Position numbers and translations under genes: made by a program. 64,000 nucleotides of DNA from Balanoglossus misakiensis (Eukaryota > Animalia > Hemichordata), in contig CM082588.2 of assembly GCA_040954595.2 (NCBI GenBank), positions 11,669,398-11,733,397 on the forward strand, in the 5' to 3' direction. Below are positions 49,901 to 64,000 of the stretch, in pieces (positions within the stretch are counted from its first letter, which is position 1; each line of letters begins with the position of its first letter). The notes under the pieces are model-generated. The model did no database searches. It was not told the origin of the DNA and was given only the letters and a program-made list of their open reading frames with translations.

Positions 49901-52900
49901 GGCATGGCTTGGCTAAAGCCCTGGCACTCTAGAGCAGAAACACGCGTACAGAGACCACGTTGATCTACTCCCATTTCCTTCGGCCTGGCACAGCTGATGC
50001 CCCGGCACTATATATAGGACACAGACTGGCGTAAGTTAACAACGGTAATCACGTCGGGTTTCCTACGGCCTGGCTCAGCTGAAGCCCCGGCACTCTAGAG
50101 CAGAAACAGGCGTACATTGACCACGTTGATCAAGTCAGATGTCCTACGGCGTGACTCCGCTGGTGCACCGGCTCTATATGACACAGACTGGCGTAAGTTA
50201 TCAACGGTGATTACGTCGGATTTCCTACGGCCTGGTTTAGCTCAAGCCCCGGCACTTTAGAGCGGAAACACGCGTACATTGACCACGATGATCAAGTCAG
50301 ATCTCCTACGGCTTGGCTCGACTAAAACCCCGGCACACTATGACAGACACTAGCGTTCGTTAGCAACGTTGATCAAGTCAGATTTCCTACGGCATGGCTT
50401 GGCTAAAGCCCTGGCATTCTAGAGCAGAAACACGCGTACAGAGACCACATTGATCTACTCACATTTCCTTAGGCCTGGCACGGCTGATGCCCCGCACTAT
50501 ATATAGGACACAGACTGGCGTAAGTTAACAACGGTAATCACGTCGGGTTTCCTACGGCCTGGATCAGCTGAAGCCCCGGCACTCTAGAGCAGAAACAGGC
50601 GTACATTGACCACGTTGATCAAGTCAGATTTCCTACGGCCTGGTTCGACTAAAACCCCGGCACACCATGACAGACACTAGCGTTCGTTAGCAACGGTGAT
50701 CAAGTCGGATTTCCTTCGGCCTGGCTCGGCAAAAGACCCGACCCTCTAGTACAAAGACGTTGGCTAAGTCGGGCAAACCGAAGAGGGAAAGTCACAGCGG
50801 GTCAACACTCGACATTTGTTCGGGTAGGACTGCATTATTGCCTGTTAATTTATAGAGAAAGCCCGAATTTAACCAGGGCGCTTCAAACACCGACGTTAGT
50901 TGGGGGCACGGCCTGCAGTACTGCCGGGTAAGGTGACATCGGCGTACCGCATATAATGTAGGGGGGGGGGGAGAAACAGAACGGTTCAATACTACATTTA
51001 TCAGATATCAGCTAATTTTGGACAATCATCTAAAATCTAAATCATCTTTTCATATTTGGATATCTGATGATGTATGAAATTTCCATTATATGTAAAAATG
51101 GTGCTGATTATAAAAATGCACTCTGAATGAGCTGATTTAATACAAAATTGCGTTTTATTCGTTTTTGCACCAAAAAGGTCATTTTTAGGCAAAACATTCT
51201 TTATTTTTTTAATTCGGTGACCTGATCATATATAAACAATTGCTTGTATGTTAAAAGTTTTTATGACTTTTAAAAGCAGTGACACTGGCGGCATTCAACA
51301 CGAAAATAACAATTTTAGCCACAATTTGGTCAAAATGGTAAATTTTTGAAAATTACAAAAAATACCTGTTTTCTACATTTTTGGAAATCTGATGGAGTAT
51401 AGAATGCTCTTCGTATGTATATATCGATACAAATTCCACAAAAGACCGTCTAATTTGGCTCACTGCAGACAAAATTGCGTTTTACCAAATTTTCCTTTAA
51501 AATGTCATTTTTAGAAAAAAAAATAAAAAAACCTTTGTTCTTCAAATGTGGTGCCCTGATCATATATGACATGTTGATTGTATGTTAAAACTTTCGACCA
51601 CTCCAAAAATGCAGAGATATTGACGGAATTCAAGAAAAAATAGCCATTTTGGCCATATTTTGACAAAAATGGTAAATTTTTAAAAAATCATAAAACATTA
51701 ACTATTTTCTTCATTTTCGGAAATATTATGGAGCATGAAGTGTCGTTCTCTTGTAAAAAGTGCTGCAAATTCCAGAAAAGGTGGTATAATTTGAATCACC
51801 CAAGACAAAATTACCATTTTCGACTTTTTTTCGAAAAATTGTCTTTTTAACAAAATAAATAAGAATAAATTATTTTCTTAGTTTCAAACGGGAAGAGATA
51901 CTTTCCACACGGGTTTTCTAACATTGAATTCCCGTTCATCAACTCAGATTTCCTACAGCATAAGTCAGCTAAAACCCTGACACTCTAGAGCAGAAACAGT
52001 TGCACACTGGTAACGTTGAACAAGTCGATTTTTCTACGGCCTGGCTCGGCTAAATCTCCGTCACAATATGACAGACACTAGCGTACGTTAGCAACGGTGA
52101 TCAAGTCAGATTTTCTACGGCATGGCTTGGATAAAGCCCCGGCACTCTAGAGCAGAAACACGCGTACAGAGACCACGTTGATGAAGTCTGATCTCCTACG
52201 GCTTGGCTCGACTAAACCCCGGCACACTATGACAGACACTAGCGTTATTATTATTATTATTATTAAGAATTGTTTAAAATGCGCTACACATACGTCTCAG
52301 CGCATTGTGCACAGCTAAAACAGTAGATTAAAAAATACAAGGCTGGTAAAAATAGTTAAAAGGACACAATCGAACACGTTACACATAAAACCGAGTAAAA
52401 AGGTATGTTTTCAAATTACGCTTAAAAATATTGAGCGTTCGTTAGCAACGTTGATCAAGTCAGATTTTCTACGGCATGGCTTGGATAAAGCCCCGGCACT
52501 CAAGAGCAGAAACACGCGTACAGAGACCACGTTGATCAAGTCTGATCTCCTACGGCTTGGCTCTACTAAAACCCCGGCACACTATGACAGACACTAGCGT
52601 TCGCTAGCAACGTTGATCAAGTCAGATTTCCTACGGCATGGCTTTGCTAAAGCCCTGACACTCTAGAGCAGAAACACGCGTACAGAGACCACGTTGATCT
52701 ACTCACATTTCCTTCGGCCTGGCACGGCTGATGCCCCGGCACTATATATAGGACACAGACTGGCGTAAGTTAACAACTGTAATCACGTCGGGTTTCCTAC
52801 GGCCTGGCTCAGCTGAAGCCCCGGCACTCTAGAGCAGAAACAGGCGTACATTGACCACGTTGATCAATTCAGATTTCCTACGGCGTGACTCGGCTGGTGC

Positions 52901-55900
52901 ACCGGCTCTATATGACACAGACTGGCGTAAGTTATCAACAGTGATTACGTCGGATTTCCTACGGCCTGGTTTAGCTGAAGCCCCGGCACTTTAGAGCGGA
53001 AACACGCGTACATTGACCACGATGATCAAGTCAGATCTCCTACGGCCTGGCTCGACTAAAACCCCGGCACACCATGACAGACACTAGCGTTCGTTAGCAA
53101 CGGTGATCAAGTCGGATTTCCTTCGGCCTGACTCTGCAAAAGACCCGACACTCTAGTACAAAGACGTCGGCTAAGTCGGGCAAACCGAAGAGGGAAAGTC
53201 ACAGCGTGTCAACACTCGACATTTGTTCGGGTAGGACTGCATTATTGCCTGTCAATTTATAGAGAAAGCCCGAATTTAACCAGGGCGTTTCAAACACCGA
53301 CGTTAGGTGGGGGCACGGCCTGCAGTACTGCCGGGTAAGCTGACATCGGCGTACCGCATATAATGTAGGGGAGGGGGGGGAACAGAACGGTTCAATACTA
53401 CATTTATTAGATATCAGCTAATTTTGGACAATCATCTAAAATCTAAATCATTTTTTCATATTTGGATATCTGGTGATGTATGAAATTTCCATTATATGTA
53501 AAAATGGTGCTGATTATAAAAAATGCACTCTGAATGAGCTGATTTAATACAAAATTGCGTTTTATTCGTTTTTGCACCAAAAAGGTCATTTTTAGGCAAA
53601 ACATTCTTTATTTTTTTAATTCGGTGACCTGATCATATATAAACAATTGCTTGTATGTTGAAAATTTTTATGACTTTTAAAAGCAGTGACACTGGCGGCA
53701 TTCAACACGAAAATAACAATTTTAGCCACAATTTGGTCAAAATGGTAAATTTTTGAAAATTACAAAAAATACATGTTTTCTACATTTTCGGAAATCTGAT
53801 GGAGTATAGAATGCTCTTCGTAAGTATATATCGATACAAATTCCACAAAAGACCGTCTAATTTGGCTCACTGCAGACAAAATTGCGTTTTACCAAATTTT
53901 CCTTGAAAATGTCATTTTTAGAAAAAAAATAAGAATAAATTCTTTTCTTAGTTTCAAACGGGTAGAGATACTTTCCACACGGGTTTTCTAACATTGAATT
54001 CCCGTTCATCAACTCAGATTTCCTACAGCATAAGTCGGCTAAAACCCTGAGACTTTAGAGCAGAAACAGTTGCACACTGGTAACGTTGAACAAGTCGATT
54101 TTTCTACGGCCTGGCTCGGCTAAATCTCCGTCACAATATGACAGACACTATCGTACGTTAGCAACGGTGATCAAGTCAGATTTCCTACGGCATGGCTTTG
54201 CTAAAGCCCTGACACTCTAGAGCAGAAACACGCGTACAGAGACCACGTTGATCGACTAACATTTCCTTCGGCCTGGCACGGCTGATGCCCCGGCACTATA
54301 TATAGGACACAGACTGGCGTAAGTTAACAACGGTAATCACGTCGGGTTTCCTACGGCCTGGCTCAGCTGAAGCCCGGGCACTCTAGAGCAGAAACAGGCG
54401 TACATTGACCACGTTGATCAAGTCAGATTTCCTACGGCGTGACTCGGCTGGTGAACCGGCTCTATATGACACAGACTGGCGTAAGTTATCAACGGTGATT
54501 ACGTCGGATTTCCTACGGCCTGGTTTAGCTGAAGCCCCGGCACTTTAGAGCGGAAACACGCGTACATTGACCACGATGATCAAGGCAGATCTCCTACGGC
54601 CTGGCTCGACTAAAACCCCGGCACACCATGACAGACACTAGCGTTCGTTAGCAACGGTGATCAAGTCGGATTTCCTTCGGCCTGGCTCTGCAAAAGACCC
54701 GACACATTAGTACAGAGGCGTTGGCTAAGTCGGGCAAACCGAAGAGGGAAAGTCACAGCGGGTCAACACTCGACATTTGTTCCGGTAGGACTGCATTATT
54801 GCCTGTCAATTTATAGAGAAAGCCCGAATTTAACCAGGGCGTTACAAACACCGACGTTAGTTGGGGGCACGGCCTGCAGTACTTCCGGGTAAGCTGACAT
54901 CGGCGTACCGCATATAATATAGGGGGGGGGGGGGGAACAGAACGGTTCAATACTACATTTATTAGATATCAGCTAATTTTGGACAATCATCTAAAATCTA
55001 AATCATTTTTTCATATTTGGATATCTGATGATGTATGAAATTTCCATTATATGTAAAAATGGTGCTGATTATAAAAAATGCACTCTGAATGAACTGATTT
55101 AATACAAAATTACGTTTTATTCGTTTTTGCACCTAAAAGGTCATTTTTAGGCAAAACATTCTTTATTTTTTAATTCGGTGGCCTGATCATATATAAGCAA
55201 TTGCTTGCATGTTAAAAGTTTTTATGACTTTTAAAAGCAGTGACACTGGCGGCATTCAACACGAAAATAACAATTTTAACCACAATTTGGTCAAAATGGT
55301 AAATTTTTGAAAATTACAAAAAATACCTGTTTTCTACATTTTCGGAAATTTGATGGAGTATAGAATGCTCTTCGTATATATATATATCGATACAAATTCC
55401 ACAAAAGACCGTCTAATTTGGCTTACTGCAGACAAAATTGCGTTTTACCAAATTTTCCTTGAAAATGTCATTTTTAGAAAAATAAAATAAAAAAACCTTC
55501 GTTCTTCGAATTTGGTGCCCTGATCATATATGACATGTTGATTGTATGTTAAAACTTTCTACCACTCCAAAAATGCAGAGATATTGACGGAATTCAAGAA
55601 AAAATAGCCATTTTGGTCATATTTTGACAAAATGGTACATTTTTAAAAAATCATAAAAAATAAACTCTTTTCTTCATTTTCGGAAATATTATGGAGCATG
55701 AAGTGTCGTTCTCTTGTAAAAAGTGCTGCAAATTCCAGAAAATGTGGTATAATTTGAATCACCCAAGACAAAATTACCATTTTCGACTTGTTTTCGAAAA
55801 ATTGTCTTTTTTAAAAAATAAATAAGAATAAATTCTTTTCTTAGTTTCAAACGGGTAGAGATACTTTCCACACGGGTTTTCTAACATTGAATTCCCGTTC

Positions 55901-58900
55901 ATCAACTCAGATTTCCTACAGCATAAGTCGGCTAAAACCCTGACACTCTAGAGCAGAAACAGTTGCACACTGATAACGTTGAACAAGTCGATTTTTCTAC
56001 GGCTTGGCTCGGCTAAATCTCGTCACAATATGACAGACACTAGCGTACGTTAGCAACGGTGATCAAGTCAGATTTCCTACGGCATGGCTTTGCTAAAGCC
56101 CTGACACTCTAGAGCAGAAACACGCGTACAGAGACCACGTTGATCTACTCACATTTCCTTCGGCCTGGCACGGCTGATGCCCCGGCACTATATATAGGAC
56201 ACAGACTGGCGTAAGTTAACAACGGTAATCACGTCGGGTTTCCTACGGCCTGGCTCAGCTGAAGCCCCGGCACTCTAGAGCAGAAACAGGCGTACATTGA
56301 CCACGTTGATCAAGTCAGATTTCCTACGGCGTGACTCGGCTGGTGCACCGGCTCTATATGACACAGACTGGCGTAAGTTATCAACGGTGATTATGTCGGA
56401 TTTCCTACGGCATGGTTTAGCTAAAGCCCCGGCACTTTAGAGCAGAAACAGGCGTACATTGACCACGTTGATCAAGTCAGATTTCCTACGGCGTGACTCG
56501 GCTGGTGCACCGGCTCTATATGACACAGACTGGCGTGAGTTATCAACGGTGATTACGCCGGATTTCCTACGGCATGGTTTAGCTGAAGCCCCGGCACTTT
56601 AGAGCGGAAACACGCGTACATTGACCACGATGATCAAGTCAGATCTCCTACGGCCTGGCTCGACTAAAACCCCGGCACACCATGACAGACACTAGCGTTC
56701 GTTAGCAACGGTGATCAAGTCGGATTTCCTTCGGCCTGGCTCTGCAAAAGACCCGACACATTAGTACAAAGACGTTGGCTAAGTCAGGCAAACCGAAGAG
56801 GGAAAGTCACAGCCGGTCAACACTCGACATTTGTTCGGGTAGGACTGCATTATTGCCTGTCAATTTATAGAGAAAGCCCGAATTTAACCAGGGCGTTTCA
56901 AACACCGACGTTATTTGGGGGCACGGCCTGCAGTACTGCCGGGTAAGCTGACATCGGCGTACCGCATATAATGTAGGGGGGGGACAGAACGGTTCAATAC
57001 TACATTTATTAGATATCAGCTAATTTTGGACAATCATCTAAAATCTAAATCATTTTTTTCATATTTGGATATCTGATGATGTATGAAATTTCCATTATAT
57101 GTAAAAATGGTGCTGATTATAAAAAATGCACTCTGAATGAGCTGATTTAATACAAAATTGCGTTTTATTCGTTTTTGCACCAAAAAGGTCATTTTTAGGC
57201 AAAACATTCTTTATTTTTTTATTCGGTGACCTGATCATATATAAGCAATTGCTTGCATGTTAAAAGTTTTTATGACTTTTAAAAGCAGTGACACTGGCGG
57301 CATTCAACACGAAAATAACAATTTTAACCACAATTTGGTCAAAATGGTAAATTTTTGAAAATTACAAAAAATACCTGTTTTCTACATTTTCGGAAATCTG
57401 ATGGAGTATAGAATGCTCTTCGTATATATATATCGATACCAATTCCACAAAAGACCGTCTAATTTGGCTCACTGCAGACAAAATTGCGTTTTACCAAATT
57501 TTCCTTGAAAATGTCATTTTTAGAAAAATAAAATAAAAAAACCTTCGTTCTTCGAATTTAGTGCCCTGATCATATATGACATGTTGATTGTATGTTAAAA
57601 CTTTCGACCACTCCAAAAATGCAGAGATATTGACGGAATTCAAGAAAAAATAGCCATTTTGGCCATATTTTGACAAAATGGTACATTTTTAAAAAATCAT
57701 AAAAAATAAAACTCTTTTCTTCATTTTCGGAAATATTATGGAGCATGAAGTGTCGTTCTCTTGTAAAAAGTGCTGCAAATTCCAGAAAATGTGGTATAAT
57801 TTGAATCACCCAAGACAAAATTACCATTTTCGACTTGTTTTCGAAAAATTGTCTTTTTTACAAAATAAATAAGAATAAATTCTTTTCTTAGTTTCAAACG
57901 GGTAGAGATACTTTCCACACGGGTTTTCTAACATTGAATTCCCGTTCATCAACTCAGATTTCCTACAGCATAAGTCGGCTAAAACCCTGACACTCTAGAG
58001 CAGAAACAGTTGCACACTGATAACGTTGAACAAGTCGATTTTTCTACGGCCTGGCTCGGCTAAATCTCGTCACAATATGACAGACACTAGCGTACGTTAG
58101 CAACGGTGATCAAGTCAGATTTTCAACGGCATGGGTTGGATAAAGCGCCGGCACTCTAGAGCAGAAACACGCGTACAGAGACCACGTTGATCAAGTCTGA
58201 TCTCCTACGGCTTGGCTCGACTAAAACCCCGGCACACTATGACAGACACTAGCGTTCGTTAGCAACGTTGATCAAGTCAGATTTCCTACGGCATGGCTTT
58301 GCTAAAGCCCTGACACTCTAGAGCAGAAACACGCGTACAGAGACCACGTTGATCTACTCACATTTCCATCGGCCTGGCACGGCTGATGCCCCGGCACTAT
58401 ATATAGGACACAGACTGGCGTAAGTTAACAACGGTGATTACGTCGGATTTCCTACGGCCTGGTTTAGCTGAAGCCCCGGCACTTTAGAGCGGAAACACGC
58501 GTACATTGACCACGTTGATCAAGTCAGATTTCCTTCGGCGTGACTCGGCTGGTGCACCGGCTCTATATGACACAGACTGGCGTAAGTTATCAACGGTGAT
58601 TACGTCGGATTTCCTACGGCCTGGTTTAGCTGAAGCCCCGGCACTTTAGAGCGGAAACACGCGTACATTGACCACGATGATCAAGTCAGATCTCCTACAG
58701 CCTGGCTCGACTAAAACCCCGGCACACCATGACAGACACTAGCGTTCGTTAGCAACGGTGATCAAGTCGGATTTCCTTCGGCCTGGCTCTGCAAAAGACC
58801 CGACACTCTAGTACAAAGACGTTGGCTAAGTCGGGCAAACCGAAGAGGGAAAGTCACAGCGGGTCAACACTCGACATTTGGTCGGGTAGGACTGCATTAT

Positions 58901-61900
58901 TGCCTGTCAATTTATAGAGAAAGCCCGAATTTAACCAGGGCGTTCCAAACACCGACGTTAGTTGGGGGCACGGCCTGCAGTACTGCCGGGTAAGCTGACA
59001 TCGGCGTACCGCATATAATGTAAGGGGGGGGGGGGGACAGAACGGTTCAATACTACATTTATTAGATATCAGCTAATTTTGGACAATCATCTAAAATCTA
59101 AATCATTTTTTCATATTTGGATATCTGATGATGTATGAAATTTCCATTATATGTAAAAATGGTGCTTATTATAAAACATGTACTCTGAATGAACTGATTT
59201 AATACAAGATTGCGTTTTATTCGTTTTTGCACCAAAAAGGTCATTTTTAGGCAAAACATTCTTTATATTTTTAATTCGGTGACCTGATCATATATAAACA
59301 ATTGCTTGTATGTTAAAAGTTTTTATGACTTTTAAAAGCAGTGACACTGGCGGCATTCATCACGAAAATAACAATTTTAGCCACAATTTGGTCAAAATGG
59401 TAAATTTTTGAAATTTACAAAAAATACCTGTTTTCTACATTTTCGGAAATCTGATGGAGTGTAGAATGCTCTTCGTATGTATATATCGATACAATTTCCA
59501 CAAAAGACCGTCTAATTTGGCTCACTGCAGACAAAATTGCGTTTTACCAAATTTTCCTTGAAAATGTCATTTTTAGAAAAAAAAAAGAAAAAACCTTTGT
59601 TCTTCGAATTTGGTGCCCTGATCATATATGACATGTTGATTGTATGTTAAAACTCTCGACTACTCCAAAAATGCAGAGATATTGACGGAATTCAAGAAAA
59701 ATAGCCATTTTGGCCATATTGTGACAAAAATGGTAAATTTTTGAAAAATCATAAAAAATTAACTCTTTTCTTCATTTTCGGAAATATTATGGAGCATGAA
59801 GTGTCGTTCTCTTGTAAAAAGTGCTGCAAATTCCAGAAAAGGCGGTATAATTTGAATCACGCAAGACAAAATTGCAATTTTTCGACTTTTTTTTCGAAAA
59901 ATTGTCTTTTTTACAAAATAAATAAGAATAAATTCTTTTCTTAGTTTCAAACGGGTAGAGATACTTTCCAAACGGGTTTTCTAACATTGAATTCCCGTTC
60001 ATCAACTCAGATTTCCTACAGCATAAGTCGGCTAAAACCCTGACACTCTAGAGCAGAAACAGTTGCACACTGGTAACGTTGAACAAGTCGATTTTTCTAC
60101 GGCCTGGCTCGGCTAAATCTCCGTCACAATATGACAGACACTAGCGTACGTTAGCAACGGTGATCAAGTCAGATTTTCTACGGCATGGGTTGGATAAAGC
60201 CCCGGCACTCTAGAGCAGAAACACGCGTACAGAGACCACGTTGATCAAGTCTGATCTCCTACGGCTTTGCTCGACTAAAACCCCGGCACACTATGACAGA
60301 CACTAGCGTTCGTTAGCAACGTTGATCAAGTCAGATTTCCTACGGCATGGCTTGGCTAAAGCCCTGGCACTCTAGAGCAGAAACACGCGTACAGAGACCA
60401 CGTTGATCTTCTCACATTTCCTTCGGCCTGGCACGGCTGATGCCCCGGCACTATATATAGGACACAAACTGGCGTAAGTTAACAACGGTAATCACGTCGG
60501 GTTTCCTACGGCCTGGCTCAGCTGAAGCCCCGGCACTCTAGAGCAGAAACAGGCGTACATTGACCACGTTGATCAAGTCAGATTTCCTACGGCGTGACTC
60601 GGCTGGTGCACCGGCTCTATATGACACAGACTGGCGTAAGTTATCAACGGTGATTACGTCGGATTTCCTACGGCCTGGTTTAGCTGAAGCCCCGGCACTT
60701 TAGAGCGGAAACACGCGTACATTGACCACGATGATCAAGTCAGATCTCCTACGGCCTGGCTCGACTAAAACCCCGGCACACCATGACAGACACTAGCGTT
60801 CGTTAGCAACGGTGATCAAGTCGGATTTCCTTCGGCCTGGCTCTGCAAAAGACCCGACACTCTAGTACAAAGACGTTGGCTAAGTTGGGCAAACCGAAGA
60901 GGGAAAGTCACAGCGGGTCAACACTCGACATTTGTTCCGGTAGGACTGCATTATTGCCTGTCAATTTATAGAGAAAGCCCGAATTTAACGAGGGCGTTTC
61001 AAACACCGACGTTAGTTGGGGGCACGGCCTGCAGTACTGCCGGGTAAGCTGACATCAGCGTACCGCATATAATGTAGGGGGGGGGGAAACAGAACGGTTC
61101 AATACTACATTTATCAGATATCAGCTAATTTTTGACAATCATCTAAAATGTAAATCATCTTTTCATATTTGGATATCTGATGATGTATGAAATTTCCATT
61201 ATATGTAAAAATGGTGCTGATTATAAAAATGCACTCTGAATGAGCTGATTTAATACAAAATTGCGTTTTATTCGTTTTTGCACCAAAAAGGTCATTTTTA
61301 GTCAAAACATTCTTTATTTTTTTAATTCGGTGACCTTATCATATATAAACAATTGCTTGTATGTTAAAATTTTTTATGACTTTTAAAAGCAATGACACTG
61401 GCGGCATTCAACACGAAAATAACAATTTTAGCCACAATTCGGTCAAAATGGTAAATTTTTGAAAATTACAAAAAATACCTGTTTTCTACATTTTCGGAAA
61501 TCTGATGGAGTATAGAATGCTCTTCGTATGTATATATCGATACAAATTCCACAAAAGACCGTCTAATTTGGCTCACTGCAGACAAAATTGAGTTTTACCA
61601 AATTTTCCTTGAAAATGTCATTTTTAGAAAAAATAATAAAAAACCTTTGTTCTTCGAATTTAGTGCCTGATCATATATGACATGTTGATTGTATGTTAAA
61701 ACTTTCGACCACTCCAAAAATGCTGAGATATTGACGGAATTCAAGAAAAAATAGCCATTTTGGCCATATTTTGACAAAAATGGTAAATTTTTAAAAAATC
61801 ATAAAAAATTAACTCTTTTCTTCATTTTCGGAAATATTATAGAGCATGAAGTGTCGTTCTCTTGTAAAAAGTGCTGCAAATTCCAGAAAAGGCGGCATAA

Positions 61901-64000
61901 TTTGAATCACCCAAGACAAAATTACCATTTTCGACTTTTTTTCGAAATATTGTTTTTTTTTACAAAATAAATAAGAATAAATTCTTTTCTTAGTTCCAAA
62001 CGGGTAGAGATACTTTCCACACGGATTTCTAACATTGAATTCCCGTTCATCAACTCAGATTTCCTACAAGTCGGCTAAAACCCTGACACTCTAGAACAGA
62101 AACAGTTGCACACTGGTAACGTTGAACAAGTCGATTTTTCTACGGCCTGGCTCGGCTAAATCTCCGTCACAATATGACAGACACTAGCGTAGGTTAGCAA
62201 CGGTGATCAAGTCAGATTTTCTACGGCATGGCTTGGATAAAGCCCCGGCACTCCAGAGCAGAAACACGCGTACAGAGACCACGCTGATCAAGTCTGATCT
62301 CCTACGGCTTGGTTCGACTAAAACCCCGGCACACTATGACAGACACTAGCGTTCGTTAGCAACGTTGATCAAGTCAGATTTCCTACGGCATGGCTTGGCT
62401 AAAGCCCTGGCACTCTAGAGCAGAAACACGCGTACAGAAACCACGTTGATCTACTCACATTTCCTTCGGCCTGGCACGGCTGATGCCCCGGCAGTATATA
62501 TAGGACACAGACTTGCGTAAGTTAACAACGGTAATCACGTCGGGTTTCCTACGGCCTGGCTCAGCTGAAGCCCCGGCACTCTAGAGCAGAAACAGGCGTA
62601 CATTGACCACGTTGATCAAATCAGATTCCTACGGCGTGACTCCGCTGGTGCACCGGCTCTATATGACACAGACTGGCGTAAGTTATCAACGGTGATTACG
62701 TCGGATTTCCTACGGCCTGGTTTAGCTCAAGCCCCGGCACTTTAGAGCGGAAACACGCGTACATTGACCACGATGATCAAGTCAGATCTCCTACGGCTTG
62801 GCTCGACTAAAACCCCGGCACACTATGACAGACACTAGCGTTCGTTAGCAACGTTGATCAATTCAGATTTCCTACGGCATGGCTTGGCTAAAGCCCTGGC
62901 ATTCTAGAGCAGAAACACGCGTACAGAGACCACATTGATCTACTCACATTTCCTTAGGCCTGGCACGGCTGATGCCCCGCACTATATATAGGACACAGAC
63001 TGGCGTAAGTTATCAACGGTGATTACGTCGGATTTCCTACGGCCTGGTTTAGCTGAAGCCCCGGCACTTTAGAGCGGAAACACGCGTACATTGACCACGA
63101 TGATCCAGTCAGATCTCCTACGGCCTGGCTCGACTAAAACCCCGGCACACCATGACAGACACTAGCGTTCGTTAGCAACGGTGATCAAGTCGGATTTCCT
63201 TCGGCCTGGCTCTGCAAAACACCCGACACTCTAGTACAAAGACGTTGGCTAAGTCGGGCAAACCGAAGAGGGAAAGTCACAGCGGGTCAACACTCGACAT
63301 TTGTTCCGGTAGGACTACATTATTGCCTGTCAATTTATAGAGAAAGCCCGAATTTAACCAGGGCGTTTCAAACACCGACGTTAGTTGGGGGCACGGCCTG
63401 CAGTACTGACGGGTAAGCTGACATCGGCGTACCGCATTTAATGTAGGGGGGGGGGGGGAACAGAACGGTTCAATACTATATTTATTAGATATCAGCTACT
63501 TTTGGACAATCATCTAAAATCTAAATCATTTTTTCATATTTGGATATCTGATGATGGATGAAATTTCCATTATATGTAAAAATGGTGCTGATTATAAAAA
63601 ATGCACTCTGAATGAGCTGATTTAATACAAAATTGCGTTTTATTCGTTTTTGCACCAAAAAGGTCATTTTTAGGGAAACATTCTTTATTCTTTAAATTCG
63701 GTGACCTGATCATATATAAACAATTGCTTGTATGTTAAAAGTTTTAATGACTTTTAAAAGCAGTGACACTGGCGGCATTCAACACGAAAATAACAATTTT
63801 AGCCACAATTCGGTCAAAATGGTAAATTTTTGAAAATTACAAAAAATACCTGTTTTCTACATTTTCGGAAATCTGATGGAGTAAAGAATGCTCTTCGTAT
63901 ACATATATCGATACAAATTCCACAAAAAACGGCCAATTTGGCTCACTGCAGACAAAATTGCGTTTTACCAAATTTTCCTTGAAAATGTCTTTTTTAGAAA
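46991..64000. repeat. Macrosatellite array, right part (~8 units)
   Basis: Anchor at ~49000, 51380, 53787, 55340, 57389, 59442, 61494 and 63864. Confidence 0.97.
52247..52433 (-). mobile_element. 187-bp 3' end of an L2-like LINE inserted in the satellite
   Basis: TSD agcgtt (52241-52246 / 52434-52439); (AAT)n tail; minus strand reads IFKRNLKTYLFTRFYV*; 3' stem-loop aatgcgct...agcgcatt. Confidence 0.85.

Overview
Eukaryotic, AT-rich, intron-containing DNA, probably from an invertebrate animal (taxon cannot be fixed from sequence). The backbone is a ~2.0-2.4 kb tandem macrosatellite (1-6227, 33011-35642, 46991-64000), each unit an AT-rich block plus a variable run of ~81-bp GC-rich subrepeats. 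Two large elements interrupt it. (1) A 26.8-kb DNA transposon (6228-33010; TAT...ATA ends, long TIRs, 6-bp TSD ACAGAC; IS3EU-like). It carries a 12-exon DDE transposase (397 aa, reconstructed by hand, no stops) and two convergent cargo genes related to the ubiquitin system: a BTB-BACK-PHR protein and a coiled-coil/UBX-like protein, each with one in-frame stop. Its introns hold a near full-length L2/CR1-group LINE, a rearranged Penelope-like element with 1.4-kb inverted arms and hammerhead ribozymes, and several MITEs. (2) An 11.3-kb Ty3/Gypsy LTR retrotransposon (35643-46990, minus strand, 261-bp LTRs with no visible differences, TATA TSD). Its Gag starts with a helix-hairpin-helix, its integrase ends in a PHD finger, and an intact third ORF in the env position encodes a TatD-family nuclease behind a splice acceptor. 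Short 5'-truncated LINE insertions with TSDs sit in the Gypsy pol and in the satellite. All domain calls are by eye from motifs; no searches were run.
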